64,000 nt of DNA from an uncultured Eubacteriales bacterium (GTDB taxonomy: Bacteria; Bacillota; Clostridia; Christensenellales; UBA1242). The DNA lies in the NCBI GenBank assembly GCA_949878485.1, contig CATLAM010000002.1, positions 55,397 through 119,396 on the forward strand. Direction: 5' to 3'. The position numbers and the translations under genes are program-made. Positions 28,754-38,589 of the stretch are shown here, piece by piece (position 1 is the stretch's first letter; the number at the start of each line of letters is the position of its first letter). The notes beneath the pieces were generated by a model. The model did not search any database. It was given only the letters and a program-made list of their open reading frames with translations, and was not told where the DNA came from.

Positions 28754-29182
28754 TTAGAAAGGAAGAGAATCGTCATCAATTTCTTCAAGTTCTGCAGTTT
28801 GCTTTGGTGAAGAAACTTTGCCTTCGTCAGAAGGAGTGAAACCGCTTTCACTGTTATCTCCGCCATTTCTTGTGCTGATGAATTCTACTTCATCTGCAAC
28901 AACATCGGTTGTATATCTCTTAGAGCCATCTGCTGCATCATAAGATGATGTTTGGATTCTTCCAACAACAGCACACTTAGAGCCTTTTTTAAGATATTTA
29001 TGACAATTTTCTGCTTGATTTCTCCAAACAACAATGTTAATGAAATCTGCTTCTCTTTCCCCTTCAGAATTTGCAAATCTTCTTGCAACAGCAAGTGAAA
29101 ATCTGCAAACAGAAACGCCACTGTTTGTGGTTTGAAGTTCTGGATCTCTTGTCAAATTTCCAATTAAAACAACTTTATTCAT
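28754..29182 (-). CDS. ssb: Single-stranded DNA-binding protein
   Basis: MNKVVLIGNLTRDPEL, ADFI..V.W, C-terminal DDSLPF. Confidence 0.97.
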   Translation of the reverse strand: MNKVVLIGNLTRDPELQTTNSGVSVCRFSLAVARRFANSEGEREADFINIVVWRNQAENCHKYLKKGSKCAVVGRIQTSSYDAADGSKRYTTDVVADEVEFISTRNGGDNSESGFTPSDEGKVSSPKQTAELEEIDDDSLPF

Positions 29183-29226
29183 AATTTTCTCCTAAGGCAA
29201 AAGCCTTTTTTGTTTATCAAATTTTC

Positions 29227-29508
29227 TTACTTTCTTACAAACATTTGACGAACAATGCCATCAGTGATGGTCATAAGTTTGTTCATAGCGTCAACTTCTT
29301 CAGGGCTGAAAGTGATGTTCATTAAAACATAGTAACCTTCGTTTTTGAAGTTGATTGGGTATGCCAACTTTTTCATTCCGATTTTATCAATTCCGTCAAC
29401 AGTGCCTTTGCGTTCTTCGATGTAAGCCTTAAATTTAGCAATAAGGGCTTCTTTCTTTTCATCGCTGGCATCGCTTGAAATGATAAACATAAGTTCATAC
29501 TTATTCAT
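29227..29508 (-). CDS. rpsF: 30S ribosomal protein S6
   Basis: MNKYELMFI, GMKKLAYPI, EGYY. Confidence 0.97.
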   Translation of the reverse strand: MNKYELMFIISSDASDEKKEALIAKFKAYIEERKGTVDGIDKIGMKKLAYPINFKNEGYYVLMNITFSPEEVDAMNKLMTITDGIVRQMFVRK

Positions 29509-29515
29509 CTTAACT

Positions 29516-29563
29516 ACCTCCTTTTGGACTAATGGTCCTTAACAAAATAAGGACAAGGACAGT
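29516..29563 (-). promoter_or_regulatory. S6:S18 autoregulatory leader (rpsF leader RNA)
   Basis: Minus strand TCCTTG-TCCTTA..TAAGGA-CCA-TTAGTCCAAAAGGAGG: outer stem sequesters the SD, with the CCR motif in the internal loop. Confidence 0.8.
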
Positions 29564-29635
29564 ATTTTTACTGCGTTTTCAATATAACACAATAAAAACC
29601 GCCTTGTCAAGCATTTTTTATATAATATATATAAC

Positions 29636-29682
29636 AAGTTAAAAGTGAAGAGTGAACAGTGATAAGTTGTGGAATTTTTATT
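29636..29682. repeat. Heptamer tandem array (AGTGAA(G/C))n with conserved flank
   Basis: AAGTTAAAAGTGAAGAGTGAACAGTGATAAGTTGTGGAATTTT. Confidence 0.65.
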
Positions 29683-29917
29683 CCATAATATTATCTCTTT
29701 TAAATAAAGGAGAAGCAAAAAATTATTCTATACTCATTTCAAAACCTTCACAAATCCAGTAAAGAGTAATAATTTTAGCAGAGTTACTTCTCTTCTTTTT
29801 GATAGATGTAAGAGTGCTTTGTGGAATACCACTCTTTTGAGATAAATCATATTTTGTCATATTTCTTTCTAAACAAAGTTGCTCTATACGCAAAATTATT
29901 GCATCTTGTAATTTCAT
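29678..29917 (-). pseudogene. XRE/Cro-C1 HTH regulator with a premature stop
   Basis: HTH (YDLSQKSGIPQSTL). After SIE-TAA the frame continues FFASPLFKRDNIME*, the usual family C-terminus. Confidence 0.75.
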
Positions 29918-30035
29918 ATCCTAAACTCCTTTTCGGCGTTAGTATATGAAAAATAAAAATATTTTTACTGCTAAGTTTAGCATTTTGTTGATATATTTTA
30001 AAATTTATGCTATATGTAGTTAGGTAGGAGTAAAT

Positions 30036-30278
30036 ATGACAATAGTTGAAGAAACATTACAAAAAATTAAAGAAGATTTAGAAAAACATTTTGATATGGA
30101 AAAAGTTCCATATTTAGATGTTTTTTCAAAACACTTTGGGATTTGTGCGTATATGAGAAACAAATTTTTATGGAACAATCCAAAATTAGTAGATATTCTC
30201 AATCAACATTTTAAAACAGAACATGTTGACGATCTTTCAAATAAAATTTTAGATGAAATTATTAAAAAATATAATTAG
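30036..30278 (+). CDS. Small hypothetical protein (DUF6794-like)
   Basis: HFGICAYMRNKFLW...HVDDLSNKIL pattern; AGGAG RBS. Confidence 0.65.
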   Translation: MTIVEETLQKIKEDLEKHFDMEKVPYLDVFSKHFGICAYMRNKFLWNNPKLVDILNQHFKTEHVDDLSNKILDEIIKKYN

Positions 30279-30493
30279 TTTTTAATTTTACGAAAATATA
30301 CTACTAATTCATCACAAGATAAACCTGTTGCATCAGCAATTTTTATTAAAGTAAGAAAATTGCATCTTTCTTTTTTCATAATATAATAATAAGTTGAAAC
30401 AGAAATTCCACATAACTTACAAAACTTATTAATATTTAATTTTTTGTCAATTATAAATTTCTTTATTTTTAAAATCTTAATAATTGGTTTCAT
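30275..30493 (-). CDS. XRE-family HTH protein
   Basis: FCKLCGISVSTYY...TLIKIADATGLSCDEL; AAGGAG RBS. Confidence 0.8.
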   Translation of the reverse strand: MKPIIKILKIKKFIIDKKLNINKFCKLCGISVSTYYYIMKKERCNFLTLIKIADATGLSCDELVVYFRKIKN

Positions 30494-30571
30494 ATAAACT
30501 CCTTATATTAAGACTTTAACAAAGTTTACTGTAAAATAATTCAATTCTGACTAATAATCAGTTTTTCATTT

Positions 30572-30985
30572 CTATATTTTTTTTAAATCATCAATATTAA
30601 CTAAAATGCAATAACCATAAAAATCACCATTTTCACTTATACCAGAAAAATCAACTTCGATGCAATTTTTGACTGCATAATCCCCCATTACGCAACCTTG
30701 ATCACCTTTATGAATACCAAATTTAGCATATTTTTCTTTTTCAACCATAAGTTCTACTCTGTCATAAGCCTTAATTTTCAAAGGTTGTAATACATCTTTA
30801 CTTTTTGAAAGGTATTTTTTTAAATTTTTTAAAATTTGTTTTTTAATATTCTCTGGCAACTCTTGTTCTTCCAAAGACAAATCTTTCGATTTAACATTAA
30901 CTACTACCTAATCACAAAGACTGTGCGGATAAAAAAACATAATCTTTAAAAATTTTTTTCAATTTTTACAACAATCCCATACATA
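30572..30985 (-). pseudogene. Degraded gene with a DUF4926-like C-terminal domain
   Basis: YDRVEL...GIHKGDQGCV...EVDFS. The listed TTG start lacks an RBS; an upstream AAAGGT-ATG frame (MYGIVVKIEKNF*) is interrupted. Confidence 0.5.
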
Positions 30986-31140
30986 CCTTTTTTAAGATTA
31001 TATTTTAAATATGGTTTTTCATTTATAAGTTTCACTATATCAATACTTTTCATTCGTTTTCCTTCACAAATTTCAAAATAATAACGACTAAAAAGAAGAG
31101 TTAAGGAAAAACCTAAAACTCTTCATTATTCACTATTCAC

Positions 31141-33852
31141 TTAAGATTCTTTTCCACAACAATTTTTATACTTCTTCCCGCTTCCGCATGGACAAGGCTC
31201 ATTTCTGCCGACCTTTCTTTCTGTGCGGACATCTGTCTTTTGAATTGGTTGAGTTTCCACAACTTGTGGTTTTGACATTGCAGGGTCATATACTCTTGCT
31301 TCTTGCATCTTTGATTGTGGTGGTGGAGTTGGTTGTCTGATTTCAATGCTGGTGTTTAAAAGAACAGTGCAGGCAATTTCTCTGATTTTTTCAATCATGT
31401 TGTCAAACATTTCATAACTGTCTTTTTTATAAGCCAAAACTGGATCTTGATTACCAAATCCCCTTGCAAAAATTTCGTTTTTCATGGTCTGCATATCGTC
31501 AATATGGTTCATCCAATTGGTGTCAACAACCTTTAAAAGCACAAATTTTTCAATCTTTTCAAAGTCAATGCCATATTTTTCGGCTTCTGCTTGTCTTTGT
31601 GCATAACGCTTTTGCACAAGTTTGAAAACGGCGTGTTCCAAATCTTCGCTGTCAAAGCCTTCACAAAATTTTTCTGTAATGGCATTTTGACCTTTTTCCA
31701 AAAGTCCGCGTTCAAATTCTTGATTAATCTTTGCAAAATCCCATTCAAAATAAGGTTTTTCGTCTGAAACACATTTTGCAGCAACAGAAGCAATGACATC
31801 TGGAAACATCTTCATAATTTGGTCATGCACTTCCAAGCCGTCCAAAACCTTGTTTCTTTCTTTATAAATTACTTCTCTTTGAGCGTTCATGACATCGTCA
31901 AATTGAAGAACGGTTTTTCTGATGGCAAAGTTTTGCATTTCAATTTTTTTCTGAGCGCTTTCAATCTGTCTTGAAAGAATTTTAAGTTGAATTGGAGTGT
32001 CTTCTTCCAAACGGAAAAACTGTGCAACTCTTTTGATTTTGTCCCCACCAAAAATTCGAATTAAATCATCTTCAAGTGACAAGAAAAACACGCTTGACCC
32101 TGGGTCACCTTGACGAGAAGCACGACCACGCAACTGGTTGTCAATACGTCTTGATTCGTGTCTTTCAGTGCCGACAATGTGAAGTCCACCAACTTTGACA
32201 ACTTCTTCTTTTTCAGCGTCTGTAACCTTTTTAAACTGGCTGTAAAGTTCGTTGTAACGGCTTCTTGCCTTATTCATATCTTTGTCGTCAACAGTGTTGA
32301 AAGCAGTGGCATAAGAGATTTGTTCATCAGTGAAATTTTCATCTTTCATCTGCTTTTTAGCCATAAATTCTGGGTTTCCGCCCAGCAAAATGTCTGTTCC
32401 ACGACCAGCCATGTTGGTGGCAATGGTAACCGCCCCTTTTCTGCCCGCTTGAGCGACAATCTGACTTTCCATTTCATGGTTTTTGGCATTTAAAACGGTG
32501 TGTGGAATTTTGTTTTCTTTCAAGGCTTTTGAAAGTTGTTCACTCTTTTCAATCGTGATAGTGCCAACCAATATTGGTTGTCCAATTTCGTGATGACGCT
32601 TGATTTCTTCAATGATTGCCTTGGTTTTGCCATTCACTGTTGTGAAAACAATGTCTGGCTCGTCAATTCTGATGTTTGGACGGTTTGTTGGAATTGTGAC
32701 AACATCCAATTTGTAAATTGCACGGAATTCTCCTTCTTCAGTCTTAGCTGTTCCTGTCATGCCCGAAAGTTTGTTATAAATTCTGAAGAAATTTTGGAAA
32801 GTGATTGTTGCCATGGTCTTGTTTTCATCTTTAATTTCCACGCCTTCTTTGGCTTCAATCGCTTGATGCAAACCATCGTTATATCTTCTTCCTGGCATAG
32901 TTCTTCCAGTAAATTCATCGACAATGACAACTTCGCCGTCTTTAACGATGTAGTTATCATTCAAATTCATAATGAAATTGGCTTTCAAAGCGTTGTTGAT
33001 GTAGTGGTTGATTTCCAAGTTCTCCACATTTGAAAGGTTGTCTGTGCCATAAAATCTTTCCGCTTTGGCAACACCGCTGTCTGTCAAGTTGAGTGCCTTA
33101 GTTTTTTCGTCTTTTTCATAGTCGTCTGGCTTTAAAGTTTTGGCAAACTTTTGTGCCTTGATATAGTTGTCACTTGACTTCATTCCGCGTCCCGAAATGA
33201 TAAGTGGTGTTCTTGCTTCATCAATCAAAATAGAGTCCACTTCATCCACAATGGCAAAATTGTGTCCGCGTTGAACGCGTTGTTCTTTTGTGATTGCCAT
33301 GTTGTCACGAAGATAGTCAAAACCAAGTTCATTGTTGGTGCAATAAGAAATGTCACAATTATATGCTTGACGCTTTGCTTTTTCGTCCATGCCAGAAACA
33401 ATGACGCCAACGGTAAGCCCCAAAAATCTGTAAACTTTGCCCATCCACTCAGCGTCACGCTTAGCCAAATATTCGTTGACTGTAACAACATGAACTCCAA
33501 GTCCAGAAATGGCGTTTAAATAGGCAGGAAGTGTTGCCACCAAAGTTTTACCTTCACCGGTTGACATTTCCGCAATACGCCCTTGATGCAAAGCAATTCC
33601 GCCAAGAATTTGAGTGTAAAAATGACGCATATTAAGCACCCTTGAAGATGCTTCACGCATTACAGCAAATGCTTCTGGCAACATATCCATTAAACTTTCG
33701 CCCGCTTGATAACGCTTTTTAAAATCTTCTGTGCAATCTTGCAACTGTTTATCTGAATATGGCTTATATTTTTCTTCCAATTCAATTACTTTATCTGCAA
33801 TCTTACTTAATTTTTTAACTTGTGATTTATTTTCGTTTCCAAAAAGTCCCAT
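31141..33852 (-). CDS. secA: Preprotein translocase SecA
   Basis: MSTGEGKT, DEVDSILIDEARTPLIISG, ATNMAGRGTDI, SEC-C GRNEPCPCGSGKKYKNCC. Confidence 0.98.
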   Translation of the reverse strand: MGLFGNENKSQVKKLSKIADKVIELEEKYKPYSDKQLQDCTEDFKKRYQAGESLMDMLPEAFAVMREASSRVLNMRHFYTQILGGIALHQGRIAEMSTGEGKTLVATLPAYLNAISGLGVHVVTVNEYLAKRDAEWMGKVYRFLGLTVGVIVSGMDEKAKRQAYNCDISYCTNNELGFDYLRDNMAITKEQRVQRGHNFAIVDEVDSILIDEARTPLIISGRGMKSSDNYIKAQKFAKTLKPDDYEKDEKTKALNLTDSGVAKAERFYGTDNLSNVENLEINHYINNALKANFIMNLNDNYIVKDGEVVIVDEFTGRTMPGRRYNDGLHQAIEAKEGVEIKDENKTMATITFQNFFRIYNKLSGMTGTAKTEEGEFRAIYKLDVVTIPTNRPNIRIDEPDIVFTTVNGKTKAIIEEIKRHHEIGQPILVGTITIEKSEQLSKALKENKIPHTVLNAKNHEMESQIVAQAGRKGAVTIATNMAGRGTDILLGGNPEFMAKKQMKDENFTDEQISYATAFNTVDDKDMNKARSRYNELYSQFKKVTDAEKEEVVKVGGLHIVGTERHESRRIDNQLRGRASRQGDPGSSVFFLSLEDDLIRIFGGDKIKRVAQFFRLEEDTPIQLKILSRQIESAQKKIEMQNFAIRKTVLQFDDVMNAQREVIYKERNKVLDGLEVHDQIMKMFPDVIASVAAKCVSDEKPYFEWDFAKINQEFERGLLEKGQNAITEKFCEGFDSEDLEHAVFKLVQKRYAQRQAEAEKYGIDFEKIEKFVLLKVVDTNWMNHIDDMQTMKNEIFARGFGNQDPVLAYKKDSYEMFDNMIEKIREIACTVLLNTSIEIRQPTPPPQSKMQEARVYDPAMSKPQVVETQPIQKTDVRTERKVGRNEPCPCGSGKKYKNCCGKES

Positions 33853-34012
33853 TTACTTCTCCTGTTTAATTCTAACTTGGTTAAAACAATTATTACAATA
33901 ATAACAAAAATCATAAAAAAACACAACTTTTTGTTGATAAAATCCCTTATTTTTATAAAAATAATAATAATTCTGACAATTAAAATCAAATTTTACAAAT
34001 TTTAGACAATCA

Positions 34013-34041
34013 TTGACAACCGCTTAAAATTATGATATAAT
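34013..34041 (+). promoter_or_regulatory. Consensus sigma-A promoter
   Basis: TTGACA-17 nt-TATAAT with extended TG. Confidence 0.8.
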
Positions 34042-34069
34042 TTTTTATATGTAAATTAGGAGGACAACA

Positions 34070-37000
34070 ATGGCAATTTTCGGCAACAAAAATGAAGCGA
34101 TTCCTCAAGGAGAAGCATTTAGCCTTGAAGATAAAAAACCAGTTTTTCCTTGTGTTGAAATAACAGAATATATCAAAGATGTTAAAAATCCATTTACTGC
34201 TTATGGATATAATCTTTCTTACACAACTGAAAATGAAAACGATACTAACCTTTTTATTCAGAAAAGGGTTTATAAAAATGGTCAAACTTTTATTGATCTT
34301 GCTTTGCTCAATGATGAAACCAAAGAGTTTAAATATGTAACAGTAAAAAACTTAAATCCTATAACTCAACCAGACGGCACAAAATTTGTGGAAATTGAAT
34401 ATTACCCAGATTTTAAAGACATGACAAAAACTGCCAAAAGTTATCTCCCTTACAAATTCACTCCAACCGCAGAAAATCCTGTTGACCATTTAAGTGTGGA
34501 ACTTAATAAGTTTCAGAATAACTTACCTATTGAGCCATCGAATGTTTATAAAGATAAATTGGAATATGGAAGAATTAAACCAACTGTTTTCCCTGTAATC
34601 GAACAAGAAAAAAAATCGCAACCTGTAAATCAAACTGCTGTAAATCAAACAACAGAAAAAACTGCTGAAACTGAAAAACCAAAAGGAAAGGTTTTGGGCG
34701 AACAATCCAAAGTTTCTTTCAATGGACATACAGGAATTGAAGCACCTCATATTGATCAAAACGACAATTCCATTTCCATGAACATAGGAATCAGTGGCGG
34801 TCATTTTGAAAATGGGGCTTCTCAAAAAATAACATTAACAGACCAAACAATTTCAGATGATCAACTTGGAAGAACGTTACTTTCAATTTATAAACAAAAT
34901 CCAGAAAAACCATCTGAAAACATCGTTTTTGCATCTGTCACAAAAAATGGAACTGCTTATCAACTTCACATTGATGACACATCTTTGCAAACTTGCTTGA
35001 AAAACTATGAGTTAAGAACTGGCAAAAAATTTCCTTTAACTGGAAATATTTTCAATCCACAAACTATTAAAATGTCTGACAGCAACGAACTTCAGGGTGC
35101 TGAAATAAACATAGGAGACGGCAAAACAGTTTCCATTTCTTTTGATGCCGCTGGCATGAAAATTGAAAGTTCTGAAAAAATGTTTAATGAAGATGGATCT
35201 CCAATTCTTGACGAAAAAGGAAAACAGAAAACACACGAAGAAGTCGCTTTCCTAAGTGCTGGAACAAGACCACTTGATGTTTCTGTAAATCCACAATTTT
35301 TGCATGAAGCATCAACTGTAAACCCAGTTGTTGACGATGAAGGCATCCTGATTGATCCCCCACTGCCAAGTGTAAAAATGGAAGGTCGAATTGCCGAAAA
35401 CATTATGGTTTTATCCATTTTGCAAGAAAGACAAAAAGCAGAAAAAGCAGATGAAAATAATAAAAATGTTGTTATCAGCCGAACATTTGGTGCAAACAAA
35501 GAAATTCAAGTAAACTCTGTCCCTGTCTATGAAGAAGGTTTGGCAGAGCCATATTATCTTACTGTAATTCGCGATAAAGATGCAAAGCCTTGCATTTTCC
35601 TTGATATGAGAGCACCAAAACAAGGAACAAAAATTGGTGCTGACCTTGCCCCAAAATTCTATGAAATAACAGAAATTGGAATTGAAGCAAAAAGTGTTGA
35701 AAGTGCAAAAAATGCTGGCGAAAAAGGAAAAGCAGAAGGTTTTGGGCTTTATTTAGGCATTAAATCTGACAATAACAAAGTTCGTTTAAACATTCCAAAC
35801 CTTGCTTACGAAAGTTTTGCAAAAAATGGCATAATTGATTTTCTTGACAATGTTCATGTTGGTGCTGACGGTTATGGCGGATTTCCATTCAACCAATTAA
35901 AATCCGAAATCATTGGTTACAGACAAAAAGGAACAGGAGAATATTTTTCAGTATTGCCTAATCCACTTCCTGCTGGGACAACTGTGAAAGATTTCATGGA
36001 AATTCACTCACGCGGTAAAACCAACACAAACACAATTAAAGGCACAAACACCATTGCCAACTTGCGTAATAACATCAACGATTATGTTGAAGAAGAAGTG
36101 CAAGAAGCAAAAGATTACATATACCAACCAAAAATTTCTTATGACACTCGAAAAGGTCAAAAACTTGAATTTGACAAAAATGGAACTACTTCAATCTCTC
36201 TTACAATGGATGAAAAATTTGGTTTTGAAAAAGATGCCGCTCAGAAAATCACTTTAATAAACGACAAAGATGTTAATGCAGGCGTAAATAAAACCGCTCC
36301 TGCAAATCCAAGTGAAGAAAAAATCATTTCTGTCACCGACCCTAAACTCGGCGGAGAAACCATCAGTTTCACAAGAACAGTTAAAAATGGCAACACAACT
36401 TATTCCATGGATTTTGATGTGAATTTGTTACAACAAATGATTGCCGATTATAAAACAACCAACAATCAAGACTTTGATTTGGATTTAAGCAAACTTACCG
36501 CCGAAGAAGGAAAAGTAAAGTTTGATGTTGACAAAATTCTTATTTCAGACGACTTGAAAATTCAAGGTGTTGAAATTAAAGCCGCAGGTAAAACACTTGC
36601 AATCGACATCACAGGTGCTGGCTATATGATAAGCAACGGCAGACAAATTGCAAGACAAAGAATGGACAAACAACCACTTGATTTCACATTTAATTCTTCA
36701 ATTTTAAATGACGCTGAAAACAATGAAAATCTGAATTTAAAAGACGGAAAAATTAAAGATGAACTTCAAGTTATGGCAATTCAACAAGCACGCTTTAAAG
36801 CGGGATTTTCTGCCAAAAACGAACCAGTTATTCTTAAATATAATGAAAATCTTACATTATATTCCCTTCCTGTTAAGGTTGGAGATTCCATTCAAAACTT
36901 TGTTTTCAGACAAGAAAAGGGAAAAGTGCCAGAACTTTATGCAGACTTGGATTCACCAAAAGGTGCTGCAAAACTTGCTCCTAAATTCTCTAAAATCACC

Positions 37001-38458
37001 CATTTAAACATGGAAGCCATGTTTGACGAAGCAGGAAAAGTCCTTTCAACTGGTTTATATTTAGGCGAAAGAAAAAATCAAAACAACAGTGAAAGCATTC
37101 GTGTTGAAGTTGGAAATGTTGATTTAACAGATGAAACAAGTCAAAATTTAATTTCTGCTTTTGAAGAAATGAAAGAAAACTCTAAAGGAAACTTCCATTT
37201 AAACGAATTTATTTCATCCACAGATAAACAACAAATTGCTGTTCAAGGTTATCGTCAAATTGACACCGACCCTGTAACAGGTGAAAAAACCATTCAAATT
37301 GTGAAAAATGTTCAAGAAGGAGATGAAGATCCAGAACATCCAAAAACTGCTGGAAGAGAATATCAACCATTATATTCAATTGGTGGTGAAAAATCTTATC
37401 AAATAAATTGGGATAATGTGGCTAAACTTAAAAATGACTCCCAAAAAGAAATCATTGAAAAAGAGCAACCACCTGAGAAAAAAGAACCAGAATATGAAAT
37501 GCCAAAACTTCCAAAAAGAAAAGAGAAAACAGTAAATGAATATATTTCTTCTCTTGGACTCATCGGGGTTGGTATGTTAGCAATGCTTCTTGGCATTATA
37601 GTCCCATTCTTCCTTATTGTAACAGGTGTTTGCTTCGCAGCGGTTGTCTTGAAAGATTCTGGACTTCTTGCCGCTGTTGTAAAAGCATTTGGTCCAAGGG
37701 ATCGCGATGCTTTAGATGTTCACAATGACATTGTTAAAACTCGTTCTAAAATTGTGGAAAAAGACAGACAGATTAAAGACTTTGACGCAAAGATGGAAGA
37801 AATTTTAAAGCGTGCTGGAAATGTCAATGAAAAATCTGGAAAAATAAACTGCGACAAATTGTTGGGCTTAAATGGCAATTCCGTAAACATCGTTGATGCA
37901 AACGGAAAACCTGTTGACTTGAAAGACATCACTTTTGATGCAAATGGCAATCCAATAGACAAAAATGGCAATCCATTGCAAATTAAAGATAAGTGTGGAT
38001 TTACTCAAAAACAAATTCAAGACATAGTTAAACTTCAACAAGACTTAATTGCTAAACAAGAAGAAATCAATCTTCAAAAAAATGCCAAACAACAGAAAAA
38101 ACTTAGAGAAGAAGCCGAAGAACTTGAAAGTCAGCAAAGAAAAGTCTTTGACCAAGATTACAACAATTTTAAAGAACTTAAAAGAAGAAAGAAACAGCGT
38201 GAAAAACAACTTAAAAAACTTAGAAATAAAGCAAGCAATATAATTCAAGAAGGAACAACTTTATATAACAACGGAACTGCTTACGACTTAGATTTAAGAA
38301 ATGAATACACCGACGAAAAAGGAAATTTGCATTCTGGAACAGAATCATTCTATAATCATAATAACCGACCTGAATATGATGCCGCAGAAATGACAAATAA
38401 AAATTATAAAGGTGATGCTTCCAAGGTTGAAGTTAAAAGTGAAGGGCGCGCAAGATAA
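34070..38458 (+). CDS. Large hypothetical protein: two ~400-aa homologous domains, hydrophobic hairpin, coiled coil
   Basis: AGGAGG RBS; duplicated QKITL, KNG..Y, QG.EI, PLD, LAPKF, GLYLG, GYRQ blocks; hydrophobic stretch around 37550-37690. Confidence 0.88.
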   Translation: MAIFGNKNEAIPQGEAFSLEDKKPVFPCVEITEYIKDVKNPFTAYGYNLSYTTENENDTNLFIQKRVYKNGQTFIDLALLNDETKEFKYVTVKNLNPITQPDGTKFVEIEYYPDFKDMTKTAKSYLPYKFTPTAENPVDHLSVELNKFQNNLPIEPSNVYKDKLEYGRIKPTVFPVIEQEKKSQPVNQTAVNQTTEKTAETEKPKGKVLGEQSKVSFNGHTGIEAPHIDQNDNSISMNIGISGGHFENGASQKITLTDQTISDDQLGRTLLSIYKQNPEKPSENIVFASVTKNGTAYQLHIDDTSLQTCLKNYELRTGKKFPLTGNIFNPQTIKMSDSNELQGAEINIGDGKTVSISFDAAGMKIESSEKMFNEDGSPILDEKGKQKTHEEVAFLSAGTRPLDVSVNPQFLHEASTVNPVVDDEGILIDPPLPSVKMEGRIAENIMVLSILQERQKAEKADENNKNVVISRTFGANKEIQVNSVPVYEEGLAEPYYLTVIRDKDAKPCIFLDMRAPKQGTKIGADLAPKFYEITEIGIEAKSVESAKNAGEKGKAEGFGLYLGIKSDNNKVRLNIPNLAYESFAKNGIIDFLDNVHVGADGYGGFPFNQLKSEIIGYRQKGTGEYFSVLPNPLPAGTTVKDFMEIHSRGKTNTNTIKGTNTIANLRNNINDYVEEEVQEAKDYIYQPKISYDTRKGQKLEFDKNGTTSISLTMDEKFGFEKDAAQKITLINDKDVNAGVNKTAPANPSEEKIISVTDPKLGGETISFTRTVKNGNTTYSMDFDVNLLQQMIADYKTTNNQDFDLDLSKLTAEEGKVKFDVDKILISDDLKIQGVEIKAAGKTLAIDITGAGYMISNGRQIARQRMDKQPLDFTFNSSILNDAENNENLNLKDGKIKDELQVMAIQQARFKAGFSAKNEPVILKYNENLTLYSLPVKVGDSIQNFVFRQEKGKVPELYADLDSPKGAAKLAPKFSKITHLNMEAMFDEAGKVLSTGLYLGERKNQNNSESIRVEVGNVDLTDETSQNLISAFEEMKENSKGNFHLNEFISSTDKQQIAVQGYRQIDTDPVTGEKTIQIVKNVQEGDEDPEHPKTAGREYQPLYSIGGEKSYQINWDNVAKLKNDSQKEIIEKEQPPEKKEPEYEMPKLPKRKEKTVNEYISSLGLIGVGMLAMLLGIIVPFFLIVTGVCFAAVVLKDSGLLAAVVKAFGPRDRDALDVHNDIVKTRSKIVEKDRQIKDFDAKMEEILKRAGNVNEKSGKINCDKLLGLNGNSVNIVDANGKPVDLKDITFDANGNPIDKNGNPLQIKDKCGFTQKQIQDIVKLQQDLIAKQEEINLQKNAKQQKKLREEAEELESQQRKVFDQDYNNFKELKRRKKQREKQLKKLRNKASNIIQEGTTLYNNGTAYDLDLRNEYTDEKGNLHSGTESFYNHNNRPEYDAAEMTNKNYKGDASKVEVKSEGRAR

Positions 38459-38502
38459 CAAATAAAAGAGAGAATTAAAGAATTATAAATTTTGAAACTA
38501 GC

Positions 38503-38539
38503 AAAAAAATGCTTTATCAAGATAGGATAAAGCATTTTT
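38503..38539. terminator. Bidirectional intrinsic terminator
   Basis: AAAAAAATGCTTTATC-AAGATAG-GATAAAGCATTTTT. Confidence 0.85.
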
Positions 38540-38589
38540 GATTTTATAACAAAATTTTTATTCTAAATTTAAATTACATTTTAACTAAT

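Noticed and set aside
29723-29725. Stop-codon reassignment suggested by the in-frame TAA
   Set aside because: TAA, TAG and TGA all terminate conserved genes at the expected positions elsewhere, so a single nonsense mutation is simpler.
29600-31100. Prophage or ICE
   Set aside because: No integrase, structural or conjugation genes; only small degraded ORFs.
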